The notes under the pieces are model-generated. The model was not told the origin of the DNA, searched no databases, and was given only the letters and a program-made list of their open reading frames with translations. A stretch of 64,000 nucleotides of DNA, taken from positions 192,001 to 256,000 of the forward strand of contig JBEPZY010000001.1 of assembly GCA_041640595.1 (NCBI GenBank). The letters are read 5' to 3'. The translations under genes and the position numbers were made by a program. Of the stretch, positions 58,811-64,000 are shown in pieces (position 1 is the first letter of the stretch; the number at the start of each line of letters is the position of its first letter). Origin of the DNA: Gemmatales bacterium. Its GTDB lineage: Bacteria; Planctomycetota; Planctomycetia; Gemmatales; HRBIN36.

Positions 58811-59977
58811 ATGTCTGATAAAACTGCCTCACTCCCGCTGCACGAACGCGTCCGCAAACTCCAGTTACCGGAAAGCGTTGACCGCACGGTTTCCCGCTGG
58901 CCGGAACGATTACCCTGGCTGCTCTGGCTGGTTACGCTGGCGGTCTGTCTGGTGCTGGCATGGCGTTTGTGGCCGACCAGACCGGCTTCGACGGCGGTGA
59001 GCACTGGCGAATCTGCTTCCGAAGCCAGGCCGTCAGGTCAATCCGCTTCGCCGGACGATTCCGCTCCCAGTCCTGATACCGTGGTGCTCGAAGCGCTCGG
59101 TTACGTGGTCCCGGTGCGCAAGGTGCAGGTCAGTCCCAAAGTCGGGGGTCAGATTATCCGCCTGTATGTGGAAGAAGGCAGCCTGGTGAAGGCAGGCGAA
59201 CTCATTGCCGAGATTGATCCGACCAAATATCTCCACGAGCGCAATCGCCGCTATGCACTCTGGCAGCAGGCGAAAGCACGGTATGAATTGCTCAAAGCTG
59301 GCAACCGTCCCGAAGAAATCCGCCGTGCCGAAGCGGCCTGGCAGGAAGCTCAGGCAGCTCTGCGTCAGGCGGAAAATGACTGGAAACGCACCCGCCTTGC
59401 CAGCCGCGCTGCTACTCCGGAAGAACTCGAACGTACCGAAAGTGCCCTGCAACAGGCTCGCCAGCGCGAACGCGCTTTGTTCCAGCAATACGAACTGCTC
59501 CGTCAGGGATTCCGTCAGGAGGAAATTCGTCAGGCCGAGGCAGAAATGCTGGCTCTGGAAGCCGCTTACCGTGATGCTGAGTACGACCTGGAAAATACCC
59601 GCGTCCGTTCGCCGATCACGGGTGTCGTGCTTACCAAACGCGCCGATGTCGGCGATATGGTTTTGCCCAACGTGCCCAGTAACCTTTCCGCCAGTATATG
59701 CGATCTCGCAGACCTTCGCAATCTCGAAGTGGAAGTGGATATCAGCGAACGCGACCTGCGCTACATCCGTCGCCAGCAGCGCTGCGAGATTCGTCCCGAC
59801 GCTTTTCCGCAGCTGGTCCTTGCGGGCAAAGTTACCCGCATCATGCCGCAAGCCAATCGCAGTAAAGCCAGCGTCTCAGTGCGCGTGGGCATTATCCTGC
59901 CGGACGATGTCGAACTTCTACCGGACACGCGAGCCCGCGTTCGCTTCTTTGCCGGTTTGGCCACTGAGCAAAAGTAA
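58811..59977 (+). CDS. HlyD/efflux periplasmic adaptor subunit
   Basis: TM helix, VSPKVGG.I..L.VEEG..VKAG, alpha-hairpin, SPITGVV and EVEVDISE. Confidence 0.88.
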   Translation: MSDKTASLPLHERVRKLQLPESVDRTVSRWPERLPWLLWLVTLAVCLVLAWRLWPTRPASTAVSTGESASEARPSGQSASPDDSAPSPDTVVLEALGYVVPVRKVQVSPKVGGQIIRLYVEEGSLVKAGELIAEIDPTKYLHERNRRYALWQQAKARYELLKAGNRPEEIRRAEAAWQEAQAALRQAENDWKRTRLASRAATPEELERTESALQQARQRERALFQQYELLRQGFRQEEIRQAEAEMLALEAAYRDAEYDLENTRVRSPITGVVLTKRADVGDMVLPNVPSNLSASICDLADLRNLEVEVDISERDLRYIRRQQRCEIRPDAFPQLVLAGKVTRIMPQANRSKASVSVRVGIILPDDVELLPDTRARVRFFAGLATEQK

Positions 59978-60033
59978 CCTCCCGGTCTCGCGTGGGCATC
60001 GACCTCGAACCGTTTTCGTTCCGTCCTGACGCT

Positions 60034-60711
60034 TTAGACCATCTTTTCCGCCAGCACTCCTGCGAGACCTTCGCTTCCTACACGGACTACGCGGTCGTTG
60101 ACCTCCAGCTCAAAAACATCGTCGAGAAAATGCCGGGCCAGCATCCGCACGCGCGCCCCGGGTTTCAAACCATGTTTTTCCCATTGTCGCAGCCGCTCCG
60201 GCTGATCGTCGCGTACTTCCCGCACGATTCCCCATTCCCCTTCCTGCAACGAAACCAGGGGAAGCAGGCTGCGCACCTGTAAATCGCCTTCCGCGGTCGG
60301 AATCGGATGCCCATGCGGATCTTCCAGCGGTTCCTGCAGATATTGGGCAATCGCACGTTCCAGACGGGGACTGATGACGTGCTCCAGGGCTTCCGCTTCT
60401 GCATCTACCTCACTCCAGTCCAGTCCCAAAACGCGATGCAAAAACAGCTCCACCAGCCGATGCCGACGTACCACCCGCCGCGCTTCCCGTAATCCCGACT
60501 CCGTAAATCGCGCTCCACGACCGGGCTCATACTGCACCCAGCCCGCTTCCGCGAGCTGCTTGAGCATGGCCGTGACCGACGGCGAACGCACGCCCAGACG
60601 CGCCGCGATCTCGTTCGGCGAAACCACTCGTTCTGCTCCGCCCAGATGGTGAATCGCTTTCAGGTAATCTTGTTCCGCCTTACTCGGCACCCGCGGATTC
60701 ATACTCGCCAT
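60034..60711 (-). CDS. DtxR/MntR metal-dependent regulator with FeoA domain
   Basis: DYLKAI, SVTAML..L, RRHRLVELFL, EAEALEH and DPHGHPIP motifs. Confidence 0.92.
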   Translation of the reverse strand: MASMNPRVPSKAEQDYLKAIHHLGGAERVVSPNEIAARLGVRSPSVTAMLKQLAEAGWVQYEPGRGARFTESGLREARRVVRRHRLVELFLHRVLGLDWSEVDAEAEALEHVISPRLERAIAQYLQEPLEDPHGHPIPTAEGDLQVRSLLPLVSLQEGEWGIVREVRDDQPERLRQWEKHGLKPGARVRMLARHFLDDVFELEVNDRVVRVGSEGLAGVLAEKMV

Positions 60712-60743
60712 TCCTGTCCTAGGCGTTCTTGTGTCGCTGGTAG

Positions 60744-62111
60744 CTAGCCGGCTGGTTCGAGTTCGAGATTGGATACCACGTGTCCCGCCTGCGCTGGCAC
60801 CACTACCGCACCGGCACTCCCTCGAGCCACCAGGTTACCGCTGATGAGCAGCTTGCGGCATTTTTCATCGGCTGCAATACCGCACAGGTACTCCTTAACA
60901 TCTGGCCCGGCTGCCACGCGGCAACCCTGAACGAGAACCTCCTGGCATTCTTCAAGCAGGATTCCCTGCCTGTATCCGCTCACTAATTGACAGCCTCCGA
61001 TCACCACCTCCCGACACTTTCGAAAGACCCAGCTTGCTGCCAGCGCTTCTTTTCCCTTTAGTGTGTGCACCTGGACATTTCCTTGCAACACCACTTGACG
61101 GCACCGCTCGAAAAGTACCCCGTCCGTGCTCAAACCCTTGTAATCCGGATTGTAATCCAGGGAGTTACCGCTTACGGCCAAATTCACACAATCCTCTGCC
61201 CGGATAGCGTAACGATAGCCGCTATAAATAACGTTGCCCGTCACACTGACTCCGCGGCACGCTACCAGGTGTAAGACAGTTTCCTGACTGCCTAATAAGT
61301 TGCCGCTAATCGTCAGCATGCCGACCGCGTTGGGATTTTGTGGACCGGCACCTAATAAGCGGATGTTCGCTCCTCCTGGACTTTCCCGAGCTTGAACCGT
61401 GTTGCCCACTATGGTTCCTTCGCGGATTGTACCCTCCCGACAATCGAGAAAAATATCGGCACAACCCTGAAGCTTGTCGTCATAGTTATATTCGATATCG
61501 TTGCCGCAGATTTGTAAGTTGCGGACTTCGCTGCCCTCAATGTAAATGCCAGCTCGTGGGTGATAACTGATATGGCAACCATAAATGTTAGTCTGATGCA
61601 GATTGACGTGGTCGAAATATATGCCGATCTTCCGGCAATGGTATATATGGCAGCCGTCCAGGATCACGTTGCGTGCCCGCTTAACTAAGTGAACACCATA
61701 ACGGCAACGCCGAATGAGAACATGGCTGAGAGTGCTCTGCATGGTTCCTTCGATACGGACACCGTCAGCTTCGGGATGGTCGCCGACGATTTCTATATCG
61801 CTCAGGGTCGGGAATCGCTCGCGTTGCCAGACCGAATCACGAAAATGGCTGGGATCGGCGGTGCGATCATGCGTGCCTATCAGATGCAGAGCAGGTCCGG
61901 CCGATTTCATAAGCAATCGTGCCTGACCTCCCAAGCCGACCATGCTGAACCGACCCAGTTTGTCCAGCGGCACCACTAAACTTCGCGTCAGAACATAATC
62001 ACCCCGCGGTACTTCCAGCAAACCGTCTCCCATTTTCAAGGCGTGCTCGAATGCGGCAGTATCATCGGTTTTGCCATCACCGGTTGCCCCAAAATGCTTG
62101 ACGTTTGCCAT
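60744..62111 (-). CDS. Right-handed parallel beta-helix (pectate lyase 3-like) protein
   Basis: NVKHFGATGDGKTDDTAAF and repeated I.GC.I / I.GN units. Confidence 0.8.
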   Translation of the reverse strand: MANVKHFGATGDGKTDDTAAFEHALKMGDGLLEVPRGDYVLTRSLVVPLDKLGRFSMVGLGGQARLLMKSAGPALHLIGTHDRTADPSHFRDSVWQRERFPTLSDIEIVGDHPEADGVRIEGTMQSTLSHVLIRRCRYGVHLVKRARNVILDGCHIYHCRKIGIYFDHVNLHQTNIYGCHISYHPRAGIYIEGSEVRNLQICGNDIEYNYDDKLQGCADIFLDCREGTIREGTIVGNTVQARESPGGANIRLLGAGPQNPNAVGMLTISGNLLGSQETVLHLVACRGVSVTGNVIYSGYRYAIRAEDCVNLAVSGNSLDYNPDYKGLSTDGVLFERCRQVVLQGNVQVHTLKGKEALAASWVFRKCREVVIGGCQLVSGYRQGILLEECQEVLVQGCRVAAGPDVKEYLCGIAADEKCRKLLISGNLVARGSAGAVVVPAQAGHVVSNLELEPAG

Positions 62112-62182
62112 GTCACCTACCCCCAGGGTCGTTGTTCATGGATCGCTTGACGCTTGGGCCAGCACCAGGTTCTAAATGATGT

Positions 62183-63301
62183 TCAGCCTGAGTGCTGTCG
62201 GATTTCTTCCAAACTCACAGCGCGGTGTTCTCGGGCACTTAGTAAGACGGCTTCACATAAGGCGAGGGTATCTAAATTGTCTCGGCCACTAATCTCCGGC
62301 TCACGATTTTCTTCGATGGCGCAGAGCAGTTGTGCCATGGTTCCGATAAACGCATCGGGAAACCATACCTGCTGCCAGCGGGGACTGAACCAGTAGCCGG
62401 GAAATGCCCGTGTGGTAAAGTCGAGAGTGCTGGGACAGCGGGCTGGATACGCTGGCCAGCCTATGGTACCTCTTGCTAAGCCGTCGCTTCCTTCGACGCG
62501 CCAGCGAATATAGATATCGCTTTCGCTGCCTTCCCTAGCTGGGCCGGTCCATACATCGTCCCAACCGCAGGCTCGGCAACCGTTCGCGTATTCCAGGATA
62601 TAGAGGTTGATACCGTCATGGTGGGGAAAACGGGTGCGGGGATCAGGACGAGTGCTGGCCAGCACGCGATCGGGATTACCGAGCCAGTAGCGGAAAGTAT
62701 CCAGGTGATGGATACTCATAATGAAGGTGCTGAGCGAACGCAGGCCCTGAGCCCAGGGCATCCAGTGTGGAATGGCCCGCATTTCGATAGTTGCCAGTAC
62801 CGGTTCACCCAACCAGCCGCGGCTTAGAATGTCTTTGCAAGCCCGCACCGATTGGTCGTAACGCATATTCTGATTGACTGCCAGATATATACCGGCTTGC
62901 TCACAGAGTTCGACTAACTCCCGGCCCTCCTTATAACTCATGGCCAGGGGTTTCTGGGCGAGGATACCGCGAATTTTGCCGCGATAAGAAGTTGCATGAC
63001 GGATCAGGTCGGGTTGTTGATCCGGCGGCACGGCAATATCGAGAATTTCCACCTCCGGATCGGCAAGCAGCTCATCAAGGCGACGATAGCAGCGGGGAAT
63101 GTCGAAGGTATGTGCGACCTGCCTGGCTCGCTCATAGGTCCTGGAGTAAATGGCCACGGGCCGGAATCCCGCCTGACGGTATGCAACTAAATGGCAATCG
63201 CGCATAATAAAACCGGCACCGATACAGCCGATACCATAATCTTTGCGCTGGGGCAATCGCGGCAGATAATCAAGCTGCAACGTCTGGACTAAGTCACTCA
63301 T
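62183..63301 (-). CDS. Gfo/Idh/MocA family oxidoreductase
   Basis: IGCIGAGFI, ILAQKPLA, VNQNMRY and IHHLD motifs. Confidence 0.9.
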   Translation of the reverse strand: MSDLVQTLQLDYLPRLPQRKDYGIGCIGAGFIMRDCHLVAYRQAGFRPVAIYSRTYERARQVAHTFDIPRCYRRLDELLADPEVEILDIAVPPDQQPDLIRHATSYRGKIRGILAQKPLAMSYKEGRELVELCEQAGIYLAVNQNMRYDQSVRACKDILSRGWLGEPVLATIEMRAIPHWMPWAQGLRSLSTFIMSIHHLDTFRYWLGNPDRVLASTRPDPRTRFPHHDGINLYILEYANGCRACGWDDVWTGPAREGSESDIYIRWRVEGSDGLARGTIGWPAYPARCPSTLDFTTRAFPGYWFSPRWQQVWFPDAFIGTMAQLLCAIEENREPEISGRDNLDTLALCEAVLLSAREHRAVSLEEIRQHSG

Positions 63302-63325
63302 AATGCGGCCCGGCTGGGATAGAGG

Positions 63326-64000
63326 TCATTCGTTTCTGGGTTCGGACTGGAATCTGCGGAGCAACTCTTCTAATATGACGCCCGCCAGCAAAAATGCACC
63401 TACTACCGTGGACAAAAGTTCGCTGCGTATGCCCAGCATCAAGGTGAGGCGGTCTAATAGCCAGATAATAGCGGTTCCCAGTGCCATGCCAGGTACAGTG
63501 CCCTCACCGCCGCGCAGACTGCAACCTCCTAATACCGCAGCAGCGATGGCATACAGTTCGTAAAAACTCCCGACATTAGATGGTAAGGCGGAATTGTGCT
63601 GCGTAATGTAAAGGATGCCGGCGAAGGCAGAAAGTGTCGAGCAAATAACATAGGCCAGTATCTTATAACGATCCACGGCGATGCCAGCGAACCGGGCAGC
63701 ACGTTCATTGCCACCGATGGCGTAAAGGTATCTGCCATAGACGGTAGCATGCATGAAAACAGCAGCCAGCGCCGTCAGGATAAGAAAAATTACGAAAAAC
63801 CGTGGCAGCGGCCCTATCGGATCAGCATAAAGAAATGCTTTCAGTGATTCGAACTGATTACCCAAGCCCATGACCTGTTCGCCGCTGACCCAGCGAGCCA
63901 GTCCACGATAGATAAACAGGCCGCACAGGGTGACCACAAAGGGTTGCAGGCGGAGTTTGGTGACTAATATGCCGTGGAATAAGCCGATCCCGGCTCCGAC
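63326..64000 (-). CDS. Sugar (ribose-type) ABC transporter permease, 5'-truncated by the window edge
   Basis: LQPFVVTL, YGRYLYAIGGNERAARFAGI and YELYAIAAAVLGGCSL.GGEG motifs. Confidence 0.9.
   Translation of the reverse strand, partial: VGAGIGLFHGILVTKLRLQPFVVTLCGLFIYRGLARWVSGEQVMGLGNQFESLKAFLYADPIGPLPRFFVIFLILTALAAVFMHATVYGRYLYAIGGNERAARFAGIAVDRYKILAYVICSTLSAFAGILYITQHNSALPSNVGSFYELYAIAAAVLGGCSLRGGEGTVPGMALGTAIIWLLDRLTLMLGIRSELLSTVVGAFLLAGVILEELLRRFQSEPRNE

Overview
GC-rich bacterial chromosome window, most likely from a planctomycete. The basis is two DUF1501 genes, a DUF1549/DUF1553 gene, an HYExAFE-type gene and a MoxR-DUF58-BatA-vWA operon. It holds about 46 CDS, mostly housekeeping or lineage-typical (slyD-like, cyaB-like, dusB, rfbB, HU/IHF, rpsT, kdsA, DtxR/MntR, Ser/Thr kinase, sugar ABC permease), plus one solitary single-polypeptide restriction-modification gene. 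I saw no rRNA, tRNA, cas gene, transposase or integrase. The main signals the ORF track misses are: (1) a peroxiredoxin split by an in-frame TGA exactly at the peroxidatic Cys, followed by a hairpin, i.e. a probable exported selenoprotein (19138-19707); (2) a family of ~27-nt REP-like palindromes with compensatory stem changes, in two mosaic clusters 24 kb apart that share a ~118-bp inverted-doublet module; (3) two tandem Tat-signal (alpha/alpha)6-barrel paralogs heading the MoxR/vWA operon, with near-identical scaffolds but rewritten loops; (4) a TrmB-like methyltransferase with HPQPY in place of FPDPW; (5) several two-copy direct repeats with CRISPR-like spacing but no cas genes. All family calls come from motif recognition by eye, not database searches. 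I cannot show that any of these is a previously undescribed system.
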